A DNA stretch of 64,000 nucleotides from a virus (IMGVR_UViG_3300027743_000027:6160-70159); one strand, 5' to 3'; shown: positions 39,003-48,325, counted from the first letter of the stretch. Made by a program: numbers and translations. Notes: a model not told the origin generated them from the sequence alone.

Positions 39003-39656
39003 ATGACCAGCAGCAGCACGCCACCACCACCGCCCAAGACCAACGGCCTGGTCGAGTGGCCGATCTCGAGCGAGGTCGGCCGCGACATGCAGCGCATGGA
39101 GCCGTGGTTCATTCGCCGCTCGCCTGTGCTGTCGCGCCTGCTCGACGTCTACGGCGACGAGCTAGACACCTTCCTGGGCCTGCACGCCGAGATCCTGGCG
39201 CAGATGTTCGTCCGCACCAGCACCTGGGGCCTGACCTACTGGGAACTCGAGCTAGGCCTGCCCTACGTCACGGGCCTGACCGACACCGAGCGCGCTGATC
39301 GGATCATCGCCAAGATGCGGAGCTACCGCCAGGGCACGCCGTTCGTCATCCAGCTTGTCGCCAACTCGTACAACCTGGGCCACGTCACGCCCATCGAGGA
39401 CTTCCCGGGGCGGCGGCTGATCATCCGTTTCGACGACATTCGCGGCGTGCCCAACAACCTGGCCAGCCTGCAGGACACGCTCGAGCATCTGGTCCGTGCC
39501 AGCGCCCTGCTCGAGTACCAGTTCAGTTACATGCTGTGGCAGGAGGTCAAGGCCAGCGGCGTCCTGTGGGGCCAGATGAAGGCCTCCAACACGACCTGGG
39601 AGCAACTGCGGACGATGTCGCCCGCGGATCTGCCGACCGACACCCCGTACCCGTGA
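39003..39656 (+). CDS. Baseplate wedge protein (XkdU/YmfQ, DUF2313-like)
   Basis: QMFV.T.TWGL.YWE.ELGL...ER...I.AKMR. Confidence 0.85.
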   Translation: MTSSSTPPPPPKTNGLVEWPISSEVGRDMQRMEPWFIRRSPVLSRLLDVYGDELDTFLGLHAEILAQMFVRTSTWGLTYWELELGLPYVTGLTDTERADRIIAKMRSYRQGTPFVIQLVANSYNLGHVTPIEDFPGRRLIIRFDDIRGVPNNLASLQDTLEHLVRASALLEYQFSYMLWQEVKASGVLWGQMKASNTTWEQLRTMSPADLPTDTPYP

Positions 39657-39666
39657 GGAGTAACCG

Positions 39667-41190
39667 ATGGCGCTGAGCCCACGCTTCCAACTCGACGACA
39701 TCCTGGGCAACGAGGTCGTCGATTTCGCTGTCCTGCAGGCCAACAACGACAAGCTCGACGTGGCCGCCGCCAGCCAGGCGCTGGCCAACACGTTCACCAA
39801 CGTCCAGACGATCCACCGGGCAGCGGTGGGCAACCCGGCGCTGCAGGTCCGCCTGACCGCCGACGGCTCGCCGCGCCTGGCGATCAATGCCGACGGCTCG
39901 CTCAACTGGGGGCCCTCGAGCCTGCAGGTGGCCAGCGGCGTGATGACCATCGGCAGCGCGGCGCTGCGCGCTCCCTCGCTGCAGGTGGCTGCGGGCGCCG
40001 CTGCCACGCCCAGCCTGAGCTTCAGCACCGACCCGGACACGGGCATCTTCAGCGGCGGCGCCGACATCCTGGCGCTGGCGGTTGGCGGCGTCGAGACCAA
40101 CCGCATCAACAATCAGGGCGAGATCCGCTTCAACCGCACCAATGCCCGCATCGCCGCGGGCACGGGCGACGACCCCGCAACGCCTGGCGAGCGCCTGGTC
40201 CAGATCAACGCGCTGACGATCACGCCCGGCCGCCTCTTCGCCGCCTCGCTGGCGGTCGCGGGCACGAGCGCCCACACGGGCGCGGCGACCTTCGCGGCGG
40301 GCGTCAACGTCACGGGCAACAGCGTCTTCAACCAGTCGCTGCAGGTCGCGGGCGACCTGAACGCCTACGGCGGCCGGGTCAACTTCGAGGGCAGCAACGT
40401 CGTCTACATCCAGTGGCGCGGCGACCTGGGCGCGCTCTACATCCCGTATGGCAACGGCATCTACACCACCGCAGGCACGTTTACGGGTGTGCTCAGCACC
40501 TCGAGCGACCTGCGCGCCAGCGGGCGGCTGATCGTTGGCGGCTACGACGCGGGCTGGACAGCCAACTTCGCCGCCAACGCCATCACCGCGGGCCGCTTCT
40601 ACCAGCAGAACAACGCGGGCGCCTACTGCCTGGACATCACCGATGCCAGCGTCAGCTACAACGCGGCCAACAAGATCGTGCAGCGCGACGGCGCGGGCGG
40701 CATCCAGTGCGCGGGCCTGTACATCCCGACGGGTGCGCAGGGCGGCAAGCCGACGCATGTCATGGGCCAGACAGGCGACGGGAATGCGCGCTGGTGGCCA
40801 GCCTCTGCCGTCGGCCCTCCAGCTAGTCCTGTGACGCTGGCCCAGGGCTGGACCTGCACCGTTGACTACCCTGACTTCGGACAACAGGTCAGTGCGTTCG
40901 GTGTCGACCGAACGGGTTACTGGCTGATTGTCATGCGCGGTCAGCTTGGCACGGGGCATGGCGGCGGGCATTACTACCGCCTCGACATCGACGGCGTCGG
41001 TGGCAGTGTCGATACCGGGATGTCTGACGCGGGTGGCGACGAATCGCTGACCGCCTCAGTCGGCTTACGCTATGGCCCCGTGCTGATCGGCCCCGGCAAC
41101 GTCATTCGCACCTACGCCAACAAGGCGGAAGGTTCTTTCACGGGCACGACCTACGCCTACTTCATGCCCACCAGCAGCTACAACGGCTGA
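39667..41190 (+). CDS. Tail fibre/receptor-binding protein
   Basis: N.DKLD N-terminal anchor; G.AATPSLSF..DPDTGIF; follows the wedge genes. Confidence 0.75.
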   Translation: MALSPRFQLDDILGNEVVDFAVLQANNDKLDVAAASQALANTFTNVQTIHRAAVGNPALQVRLTADGSPRLAINADGSLNWGPSSLQVASGVMTIGSAALRAPSLQVAAGAAATPSLSFSTDPDTGIFSGGADILALAVGGVETNRINNQGEIRFNRTNARIAAGTGDDPATPGERLVQINALTITPGRLFAASLAVAGTSAHTGAATFAAGVNVTGNSVFNQSLQVAGDLNAYGGRVNFEGSNVVYIQWRGDLGALYIPYGNGIYTTAGTFTGVLSTSSDLRASGRLIVGGYDAGWTANFAANAITAGRFYQQNNAGAYCLDITDASVSYNAANKIVQRDGAGGIQCAGLYIPTGAQGGKPTHVMGQTGDGNARWWPASAVGPPASPVTLAQGWTCTVDYPDFGQQVSAFGVDRTGYWLIVMRGQLGTGHGGGHYYRLDIDGVGGSVDTGMSDAGGDESLTASVGLRYGPVLIGPGNVIRTYANKAEGSFTGTTYAYFMPTSSYNG

Positions 41191-41202
41191 GAGGACCACC
41201 AC

Positions 41203-41568
41203 ATGGCAGAACAGTTCACGATGCAGGTCAGCGACCGCTCGCTGCGCCGCGTGCAGATCTCGATGGCGGCGGTCCAGGCCGCCGACCAGACCGCGCAGGC
41301 CGCGCTGCAGGCCCTGCAGAACATGGTCGGCCAGGCGCGCAAGGGCCTCGACGACGCGCTGGGCGCGCTCTGCGACGCCAATGACCAGACGCTGCCCGCC
41401 GACTACACGCTGACGGTCAACCAGGCCGCGGGCTCGATCACCATCAGCACCGACGTGCAGCCCGCGGGCGTGACCATGCTGCCACCGCTCGAGGGCCAGA
41501 CCAACGGCCAGGCGAACGGCCAGGGCCTGCTGAGCGCGGTCCCCGCGGATGCGCAGCGCGACCCATGA
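41203..41568 (+). CDS. Hypothetical coiled-coil protein
   Basis: RBS GAGAGGA; Gln/Ala-rich helix. Confidence 0.6.
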   Translation: MAEQFTMQVSDRSLRRVQISMAAVQAADQTAQAALQALQNMVGQARKGLDDALGALCDANDQTLPADYTLTVNQAAGSITISTDVQPAGVTMLPPLEGQTNGQANGQGLLSAVPADAQRDP

Positions 41569-41786
41569 GCATGATCGACCACGTCATCTGGGACGTCGGC
41601 GGTGGCGGTGACTTCAACCCGGATGGCGCGATCTACAAGCTGTGGCGCGGTTATCGCGACGCCGGGCAGTACCTGGGCTTGCCGATCTCGCCCGAGGTGC
41701 AGGTGTCCGACGAGGAGGTGCAGCAGCCGTTCTCGAGCGGCGCCGTGATCGCCTGGAACCCTCGCGATGGGGCGCGCCTGGTGTGA
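41565..41786 (+). CDS. Stand-alone LGFP-like cell-wall-binding protein (73 aa)
   Basis: GAIYKLW......LGLPISPE......QPFSSGAVIAW.P. Confidence 0.7.
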   Translation: MSMIDHVIWDVGGGGDFNPDGAIYKLWRGYRDAGQYLGLPISPEVQVSDEEVQQPFSSGAVIAWNPRDGARLV

Positions 41787-42412
41787 GCCTGGCGCCCGCG
41801 CTGCTGTGGCCGCCGCAGGCCCGCCTCGAGCCGCCCACGCCGCCACTCGACCTGGGCATCAAGAACTGGATCGACGTCTCGAACTACCAGGGCACGCTGA
41901 CCCCGGACTGGTTCGCGCACTGGACCGCCCGCGGCTACGGCGGCCTGGTCGTCCAGGCGGTGCGCGGCTACGCGGGTGAGGTGCTGACGCAGCAGCAACT
42001 GACCGCCGCACTCGAGGTGGGCTGGGACATTGCGGGCTACATCTGGTGCTGGGCGCGCCAGGCGCAGAACATGGCCAGCGTGCGCGAGCGGCTGAGCTAC
42101 TTCGACGGCTTCGCGCTCGACTTCCTGGCGGTCGACGTCGAGGACATGAACACCACCACGGGCGACGTCGAGGCGACGCTGGCGGCCGCTGACGAGTATC
42201 AGGAGGACCGCGCCTGGATCTACACGGGCAAGTGGGTCTTCGACAAGCTGGGCTGGAGCAACCAGCGTCACTGGGCCGACCGCAAGCTGTGGTTCTCGGC
42301 CTACGATGGCATCGCGGACGTCGACGTGGGCTTCGTCCCGTTCGGTGGCTGGACGCAGGGCGAGATGAAGCAGTGGACCGACATGCCCGTTGACCAGAAC
42401 GTCCGCCGATGA
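41783..42412 (+). CDS. GH25 muramidase endolysin (catalytic domain only)
   Basis: IDVSNYQG, AVDVED, IYTG, LW.SAYDG, KQWT, VDQN. Confidence 0.88.
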   Translation: MSLAPALLWPPQARLEPPTPPLDLGIKNWIDVSNYQGTLTPDWFAHWTARGYGGLVVQAVRGYAGEVLTQQQLTAALEVGWDIAGYIWCWARQAQNMASVRERLSYFDGFALDFLAVDVEDMNTTTGDVEATLAAADEYQEDRAWIYTGKWVFDKLGWSNQRHWADRKLWFSAYDGIADVDVGFVPFGGWTQGEMKQWTDMPVDQNVRR

Positions 42413-42978
42413 CGGTTGCGCCGCCGCTACTCTATTGCCCGCCGCGGGTCTGGGAGCACGAGCCCTGGCCCGAGCCCGTCGACCCGCCGCTACTGCAGTT
42501 CGACCGCCAGGAGCCGCGAGTCGACCAGACCGCCAACTGGACGTGCGCGTGCGCCAGCCTGGCCTGGGTCATGAACGCGCTGGGCGAGCCCGCGCCAGAC
42601 GACGGCGGCAAGTGGAACGAATGGACGGCCGTGGTCGAGCTACGGCGCGTGGCAGGCGACCGGGCGGTGACGCCCGAGTACGGCCTGGCGTGGGCCTCTG
42701 GCGTGGACCTCGAGTTGCTTTACAACACGTATGGCTACGCCTGTGAGCGGCTGCTCGATGCCTCGTGGGCCGATCTGGTCTACCTGTGTGACCTGGGCGT
42801 CGGCCAGCTTGGCGGCGCCCGCTGGTATCACTGGAGCGGCCTGCGCGACTACGACGGCCTCGAGTTCGAACTGGCCAACCCGGCGGCGCGCTGGAAGAAC
42901 GTCGGCCAGCAACTCGACGCGGCCGAATGGAACGCCTGGGGCCGCTGGAATGCGGTCGTCGTCACCGAGCGCCTGTGA
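42409..42978 (+). CDS. Peptidase C39-like (papain-fold) lysin
   Basis: Q...WTCACAS.AW, YGL..ASG, WYHWSGLR, LANPA (Cys-His-Asn). Confidence 0.75.
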   Translation: MTVAPPLLYCPPRVWEHEPWPEPVDPPLLQFDRQEPRVDQTANWTCACASLAWVMNALGEPAPDDGGKWNEWTAVVELRRVAGDRAVTPEYGLAWASGVDLELLYNTYGYACERLLDASWADLVYLCDLGVGQLGGARWYHWSGLRDYDGLEFELANPAARWKNVGQQLDAAEWNAWGRWNAVVVTERL

Positions 42979-42981
42979 GCC

Positions 42982-43203
42982 ATGTCGATGAGCCCGGAGC
43001 GACTGCGGGCGCTGCACCTGTGGCTGGCGGTGCTGTGGCTGGTGGTCGGCATTCCCGCGGGCGTCTACATCACCTACTTCATGGCCGAGCCCCACGCCGC
43101 GTTCGCCATTCTGGTGGTCAGCCTGTACGCCAACTCGGTCACCCACCTGTCGGCCTACGGCGCGGCGCGAGCCGAGATCACCACCCCAACCGAGGAGACG
43201 TGA
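42982..43203 (+). CDS. Putative holin (2 TM)
   Basis: Two hydrophobic helices; directly after the lysins. Confidence 0.6.
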   Translation: MSMSPERLRALHLWLAVLWLVVGIPAGVYITYFMAEPHAAFAILVVSLYANSVTHLSAYGAARAEITTPTEET

Positions 43204-43205
43204 GT

Positions 43206-43385
43206 ATGCGCACTGTGATCGGCCCACGTGGCGAGCCCGCGGGCGGTGCCTCTGGCTTCGTTCAGCCTGTCAGCCCGACCAGCGGCGGCAAGCCGAACCC
43301 GGGCACCAAGAAGGACCGCCGCCTCAAGGAGAATCGCACCAAGACGAGCAAGACGAGCAAGAGCGGCGCGATCAAGCGGAGGTGA
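43206..43385 (+). CDS. Small basic protein (59 aa)
   Basis: RBS GAGGAG; Lys/Arg-rich C-terminus. Confidence 0.55.
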   Translation: MRTVIGPRGEPAGGASGFVQPVSPTSGGKPNPGTKKDRRLKENRTKTSKTSKSGAIKRR

Positions 43386-43386
43386 T

Positions 43387-43485
43387 ATGGGCAAGGGCAA
43401 GCTGAGCAACCTGGGCGGCAAGAAGGCCAAGCCGTTCGGCACCAAGGGCGGCGGCAAAGTGCCGAAAGGCGGCAAGAAAAAGTAG
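43387..43485 (+). CDS. 32-aa Lys/Gly-rich peptide MGKGKLSNLGGKKAKPFGTKGGGKVPKGGKKK
   Basis: RBS GGAGGTG; AAG/GGC codon usage. Confidence 0.55.
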   Translation: MGKGKLSNLGGKKAKPFGTKGGGKVPKGGKKK

Positions 43486-43496
43486 CGCTCGAATCC

Positions 43497-43526
43497 TTGC
43501 ACTCTGGTGTGCTTGGCGCGTATAGT
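43497..43526 (+). promoter_or_regulatory. Early-type promoter P1
   Basis: TTGCAC-18-TATAGT with GCTTGGCGCG just before the -10. Confidence 0.7.
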
Positions 43527-43557
43527 GGTGTCACCAGCCGATGGAGGGCTGGCAGCC

Positions 43558-43782
43558 ATGAACATCTGCGACGACACCTGCGGCAGCGAAGGCTACTTCG
43601 ATCCGAGCCGCGAAGCGTTGATGTGTGATTCCTGCGGCAAGGCCGATCTCGGCCTGGCGCTGACCCGGCTCAGCAAGAGCCTGATCCGCAAGGACGACGA
43701 CGCCGCCGTGCGGCGCTACGCTCGCCTGGTGTGCGGCACCTGGGCCGTGGCCGTCGAGGCCACCTGGCAGGTGCCCGCGTGA
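43558..43782 (+). CDS. Small Cys-rich hypothetical protein
   Basis: RBS GGAGGG; CxxxC...CxxC. Confidence 0.6.
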   Translation: MNICDDTCGSEGYFDPSREALMCDSCGKADLGLALTRLSKSLIRKDDDAAVRRYARLVCGTWAVAVEATWQVPA

Positions 43783-44054
43783 CGCCAACCAACTACTACG
43801 GCGTGCGGCTGGCCAAGCTGCCGCCCGCCGAGCGGATCGGGCGCCTGCGGCTGATCCTGGGCGAGACGCTGACGGCGGTGCCACGCCAGCATCGCTACGG
43901 CCAGTGCCCGAATGGGAAGGGCGCTCGCTGCGACCACGGCGCGGCCTGGACCTCGAGTGAGCTTGACGGCCTGACGTACACGCTGTGGAAGGTCGGCCGC
44001 TTCGACAAGGACGGCGCCATCGTCGGCGGCGCGCATGATGGAGCCCCGACGTGA
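43779..44054 (+). CDS. Small hypothetical protein
   Basis: GTGA overlap with the upstream gene. Confidence 0.55.
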   Translation: MTPTNYYGVRLAKLPPAERIGRLRLILGETLTAVPRQHRYGQCPNGKGARCDHGAAWTSSELDGLTYTLWKVGRFDKDGAIVGGAHDGAPT

Positions 44055-44239
44055 AGCGCGCCTGGTGTGCCATCCACGGCGCCGAGCGGCACCTGCTGGT
44101 GTGGGTGTGCGGCAACTGCGGCACCCGCCTCGACGGCTGGGGCGAGCGCACCTGCGAGCGCACCTGCCACGGCGCCTGGCGCAAGACCTGGCTGCCCGAC
44201 GGCGAGGCGCAGACCTCCTGGCGCTGCATCGAGAGCTAG
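44051..44239 (+). CDS. Small Cys/Trp-rich protein
   Basis: GTGA overlap; CxxH, CxxC, CxxxC. Confidence 0.55.
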   Translation: MKRAWCAIHGAERHLLVWVCGNCGTRLDGWGERTCERTCHGAWRKTWLPDGEAQTSWRCIES

Positions 44240-44267
44240 CGCCAGTGGCCTTTTGTGACGCGAATAT

Positions 44268-44310
44268 GTCACCGAAATTGTTGTCAGCCGCTGAGCTTGA
44301 CGCGTATATT
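44268..44310 (+). promoter_or_regulatory. Promoter P2 with operator-like element
   Basis: GTCACCGAAATTG-TTGTCA-18-TATATT; ATG 6 nt downstream. Confidence 0.7.
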
Positions 44311-44316
44311 GTCGGC

Positions 44317-44511
44317 ATGACCAGCAGCCAACCAGCAGCCTTCCACGGCTACTGCCGCATTGCCGATGAGTTCCGCACCCCAGTCCACGCCGCCCAGCTT
44401 GTGGTCAGCTTCAAGAGCGACCCGCACAACACCCCGATCAAGTGCTGCCACACGTGCCAGCAGTCCTTCGACTGGAACAGCCTGCTGAACGTGCTCGAGG
44501 TGCTCGCGTGA
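44317..44511 (+). CDS. Small hypothetical protein (probably leaderless)
   Basis: ATG 6 nt after the -10; CCxxC. Confidence 0.55.
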   Translation: MTSSQPAAFHGYCRIADEFRTPVHAAQLVVSFKSDPHNTPIKCCHTCQQSFDWNSLLNVLEVLA

Positions 44512-45254
44512 GCGACCGCCCGCGCCTGCTCGACCTGTGCTGTGGCGTCGGCGGCGCCAGCGTTGGCTACCTGCGCGCTGGCTGGGCCGTGACAGGCGTC
44601 GACCTCAAGCCGCAGCCCAACTACGGCGGCACCGACTTCGTCCAGGCCGACGCCATCGAGTACCTGGCCGCGAACATCCACCAGTTCGATGCCGTCCACG
44701 CCAGCTTCCCGTGCCAGGGCTACAGCATCGCCACGCCGACGTGGGCCAAGCAGCAGGAGGCCGAGGGCTGGTATCGGACCGACCTGATCCCGACGGCTCG
44801 AGCGATCTGCGACGACTACGGCATGCCGCTGGTCATGGAGAACGTGCCGCGGGCCGAGCGCGACTACCGCCACCCGAGCCTGGTCGTCAACACCTACGGC
44901 ACCGACCTGGGGCCCGAGTTTGACGGCACGCCCGAGCAGATGCTGCTGCCCGTGCAGCGGCCGATCACCCTGTGCGGCCAGCAGTTCGGCCTGCCGATCA
45001 TCCGCCACCGCGTCTTCGAGGTCGGTGAGATGGTCAGCCCGCTGCCGCACCAGCCGCACCAGGGCAGCGTGCGCGGCGGCGAGATCATCACCGTCGCAGG
45101 CCACGGTGCCGACAACGCCAAGGGCAACTCGAGCCTGAACGCCTGGCGCTGGGCGATGGCCATGCCGTGGGCCAAGTCCAGGCACGAGCTAGCCGAGGCC
45201 ATTCCACCCGCCTACACCCAGTACCTGGGCGAGCAGATCCTCCGATGGCTGTGA
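44508..45254 (+). CDS. DNA (cytosine-5) methyltransferase, short phage type
   Basis: Motif I LLDLCCGVGG, IV HASFPCQGYS, VI VMENV, VIII RHR.FE, X EAIPPAYT. Confidence 0.88.
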   Translation: MSDRPRLLDLCCGVGGASVGYLRAGWAVTGVDLKPQPNYGGTDFVQADAIEYLAANIHQFDAVHASFPCQGYSIATPTWAKQQEAEGWYRTDLIPTARAICDDYGMPLVMENVPRAERDYRHPSLVVNTYGTDLGPEFDGTPEQMLLPVQRPITLCGQQFGLPIIRHRVFEVGEMVSPLPHQPHQGSVRGGEIITVAGHGADNAKGNSSLNAWRWAMAMPWAKSRHELAEAIPPAYTQYLGEQILRWL

Positions 45255-46030
45255 ACCCGGCGCGCCTGCCCACGTCGCTCACCGAGGCGCCCCAGGCACG
45301 GCCTGCGCGGCCGACGGTGCCGCTATGGGTCAAGGACGAACAGTGGGACGTGTGGCACATCTGGCCGATCTACGAGCGCCTGAGCGCCACGGGCGAGACG
45401 CGCACGCTGTGCGGCGATGAGTTCACGTGGACGCCGACGGTGGTCACCAGCTACCACGTCCTCGAGGCCGTTGGCTGCTACCTGTGCCGCCTGGCGCTCG
45501 AGGGCACACCCGTGCCGCGCCGCGGGCGCCGTCGCCACCTGCCCGGCGGGCCAGGCCAGACGCAACGTGCCAGCAACGCGCCGCAGGCCTCCCGGCGGGC
45601 ACGCGCCATCGAGCAGGGCGCGACGGTCAAGGTCTACACCACGCCGACAGGCGGCACCAGCCAGCGCGCCGTGCCCACGCCGACGATGAAGGCGCGCATG
45701 GCGGCCGAGGACGTCGCCTGGGCAGGCACCTTCGAGGTCGGCACGCGGCTGCAGACGTCACCCTGCCCGTTCTGCGGGCAGTCGAACGTGGGCGCGGCCT
45801 TCTGTTCGGCCTGGTGCCAGCGCGAGTGGAATCGCGAGGCGCAGGATGACAAGCACGAGCGCTCGGGGCGACGCATGGCCAAGCGCCACTTCCTCGAGCA
45901 GTTGTACGGCGTCAAGCGCCGCGACACGATCACCTCGTGGACGCCACCCGTGCGGCAGATCCGCCAGGGCGCGGGCGGCAGGACCGACAGCGACAACGCG
46001 ATGCTCTACATCGCGACGAACTACATCTGA
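45251..46030 (+). CDS. Hypothetical protein with Zn-finger motifs
   Basis: CxxC pairs; CPFCG...FCSAWC. Confidence 0.55.
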   Translation: MNPARLPTSLTEAPQARPARPTVPLWVKDEQWDVWHIWPIYERLSATGETRTLCGDEFTWTPTVVTSYHVLEAVGCYLCRLALEGTPVPRRGRRRHLPGGPGQTQRASNAPQASRRARAIEQGATVKVYTTPTGGTSQRAVPTPTMKARMAAEDVAWAGTFEVGTRLQTSPCPFCGQSNVGAAFCSAWCQREWNREAQDDKHERSGRRMAKRHFLEQLYGVKRRDTITSWTPPVRQIRQGAGGRTDSDNAMLYIATNYI

Positions 46031-46047
46031 TTTTTTTGTGACACGAT

Positions 46048-46103
46048 GACACCGAATCCGATGCCAATAAATGTTGACGTCAAGCATGCTTGGCGCGTAT
46101 AAA
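46048..46103 (+). promoter_or_regulatory. Promoter P3 with operator-like element
   Basis: GACACCGAATCCGATGCC; TTGACG-18-TATAAA; ATG 6 nt downstream. Confidence 0.75.
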
Positions 46104-46109
46104 CACGGC

Positions 46110-47054
46110 ATGCACTTCACCACGTTGACCGAAGCCGAGAGCTTCATCGTTGCCAGCCAGATCCCGGGCCGCAAGTTCGAGATCACCGATCTGACCGCCG
46201 ACCTCGAGCAGGCCGCTCGCACGGTCTCGCTGAATTGGATCTCGCCGTCGAACGGCCACTGGGCCAACAACTTCATGTACGACATGAAGACGCGAGCGCT
46301 TGGCAAGGGCCTGTCGGTCGGCCAGGCCAAGGGTGTCCTGAACGTCGTCCGCGCCGAGGCCAAGCCTGCGGCGCCCGTGGCCACCACCGCCAGCCTCGAA
46401 TTGAACGTCGCCAAGGTCCGCACCGCCCGCTTCCGGGTGGTCGCTGACGACAGCCAGAGCATCGCGGTCCGCCTGAGCGTGCCGACGATGTGGACCGACG
46501 CGCCGAAAGGCACGCGCAAGCTGAGCGTCCGCCAGGCCGACGGCTGGAGCACGGTTGGCAAGATCTCGCCCGCGGGCGACGTCCAGATCTTCAAGAAGGC
46601 TGGCCCGACGCTCGAGGCCCGCGTCCGCCAGGCGCTGACCACGCTGGCCAATGCCGACGACGACCTCGTGTACATCCTGGCCTACGCGATGGAAGGCAGC
46701 GAGTGCGGCTTCTGCGGCAAGGAACTCGACACGGTCGAGAGCCTGACGGTCGGCTACGGCCCGACCTGCGCCAAGAAGTTCGGCCTGCCGTGGGGCGCCA
46801 AGGCCGTCCCAGCCAAGGTGGCGCTGGCCAAGGCGGGCCTCGCGCCCGCCGAGGTCGAGACGATCACGGTCAAGGCGGGCCGCACCTACGACGAGATCTT
46901 CGGCCAGCAGAAGGCCGACTACGACCTGCAGTACGACACCGACGGCGCGGTCGTCACGGGCGCGGGCGTCATCCTGCGCCCCAAGGCTGCCAGCTACGCC
47001 GACGACCTGGCCGCTGACGCCGACCTGGCCAACGACCTGGCGGCAGGCAACTGA
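46110..47054 (+). CDS. DUF6011-like Zn-ribbon protein
   Basis: CGFCGKELDTVESLTVGYGPTCAKKFG. Confidence 0.7.
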   Translation: MHFTTLTEAESFIVASQIPGRKFEITDLTADLEQAARTVSLNWISPSNGHWANNFMYDMKTRALGKGLSVGQAKGVLNVVRAEAKPAAPVATTASLELNVAKVRTARFRVVADDSQSIAVRLSVPTMWTDAPKGTRKLSVRQADGWSTVGKISPAGDVQIFKKAGPTLEARVRQALTTLANADDDLVYILAYAMEGSECGFCGKELDTVESLTVGYGPTCAKKFGLPWGAKAVPAKVALAKAGLAPAEVETITVKAGRTYDEIFGQQKADYDLQYDTDGAVVTGAGVILRPKAASYADDLAADADLANDLAAGN

Positions 47055-47065
47055 AAGGACCGACC

Positions 47066-47416
47066 ATGAAAGACCCGAATTGCGCGGCCTGCCAGGCAGG
47101 CGTGGCCAACCCGATCTCGCACCAGGCGGGCTGCCGCTACGGCGACGACTACCGCCGTGGGCACGAGGCCGTCGAGGCTGAGGGCGACAAGGTGCGCGCC
47201 AGCCAGACTGCCGCTCGCGAGGCCAGCAAGGCCGTCCAGCGCACGCTGGACATCAGCTACATCCTGCAGGGCCAGGACATCGACGGCGCGACGCTCGACC
47301 TGTTGAAGGCCGTCTGGGACCGCGCCTACGTCATGGGCCAGTGGCGTGGCATGGACACGCTGAAGGCGAACCTCGAGGCGGCGGTCGGCCAGACGTTGAG
47401 TGAGGGCCCACGATGA
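47066..47416 (+). CDS. Hypothetical protein
   Basis: RBS AAGGA; CxxC..H..C. Confidence 0.6.
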   Translation: MKDPNCAACQAGVANPISHQAGCRYGDDYRRGHEAVEAEGDKVRASQTAAREASKAVQRTLDISYILQGQDIDGATLDLLKAVWDRAYVMGQWRGMDTLKANLEAAVGQTLSEGPR

Positions 47417-47646
47417 TCGACCGCTGCTGCTGCGACCGCTGTGAGGGCCGCGAGGACGGCCTCTGGCGCGACGACGACGCTTACGCGCTGCGGCGCCCGG
47501 CGCTGGCGCCCAGCACGCTCCCAGCGCGCCCCTGTGCGTGCTGCGGACAGCCTGTGCTCGAGGATGGCTCGTGCACCTGCGGCTACGCGCCTGGCCAGCT
47601 ACTCGGCCCACACCTCCTGGCGTGCCCGGCGGCACTGCCGTTCTGA
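47413..47646 (+). CDS. Cys-rich hypothetical protein
   Basis: ATGA overlap; 10 Cys in 77 aa. Confidence 0.5.
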   Translation: MIDRCCCDRCEGREDGLWRDDDAYALRRPALAPSTLPARPCACCGQPVLEDGSCTCGYAPGQLLGPHLLACPAALPF

Positions 47647-47662
47647 AAGGACACCGTTTCAC

Positions 47663-47860
47663 GTGGCACAGACCCAAGTTCTCTCGATCCGCCTGACCCT
47701 CGAGGAGGTCGCCAAGCTGAGCAAGGTGGCGATCTGCCCGTGCTGCAAGCAGCGCATCAGCAAGCCCACCACGGCCGCGCAGGCCATCCTCCGCGCCGCG
47801 CTGGCCAACGGCGCCGAGGCGCCTGAGCCCGACGACGACGACGAGGCGGCGGGCTCGTGA
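47663..47860 (+). CDS. Ribbon-helix-helix-like protein with a CPCC insertion
   Basis: TQVLSIRLTLEEVAKL...CPCC...TTAAQAILRAAL; RBS AAAGGA. Confidence 0.55.
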   Translation: MAQTQVLSIRLTLEEVAKLSKVAICPCCKQRISKPTTAAQAILRAALANGAEAPEPDDDDEAAGS

Positions 47861-48324
47861 AGGCGCTGCGCATCGCCGCCGCGGGCGTCGCGCTCATCGC
47901 GGGCGTGCTGCTCGTGGCGCCCGTCACGCCAGCCCGCGCCGAGTCGATGACCGACATCCTCGCCCGGCACGACGCCAAGAAGGCCGCTGAAGCGGCCGCC
48001 CAGAAGGCCCAGGCCGACGCGACCACCGCCGCGATCCTGGCGCAGCCACGCCCGAGCACGGCTGAGCCGACGCTGCCAGGTACGCCCACCATCATCCTCG
48101 ACCGACCGCTCAAGCCCGAGGAGACGCCCGCGGAGCGCGAAGCCCGCTTGAAGCGCGACGAAGCCGACATCATCGCGGTCGAGACCCTGGTCAGGCGCAT
48201 CCACTCGGGCGTGGTGGTCAAGGCGTGGTTCGACGACGCGCTCGTGCTGCACCGCGTCTGGCTTGGCCCTGAGGGCCGCTGGCACGAGGCAGGCGGCTCA
48301 TTCGACTACGTCTCGGCGGACTGA
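47857..48324 (+). CDS. Secreted hypothetical protein
   Basis: Signal peptide MKALRIAAAGVALIAGVLLVAPVTPARA|E. Confidence 0.65.
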   Translation: MKALRIAAAGVALIAGVLLVAPVTPARAESMTDILARHDAKKAAEAAAQKAQADATTAAILAQPRPSTAEPTLPGTPTIILDRPLKPEETPAEREARLKRDEADIIAVETLVRRIHSGVVVKAWFDDALVLHRVWLGPEGRWHEAGGSFDYVSAD

Positions 48325-48325
48325 G

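Noticed and set aside
16635-39656. Sheath/tube/baseplate cluster as a tailocin or contractile injection system
   Set aside because: Capsid, protease, neck, replication and early genes are all present, so it is a phage tail.
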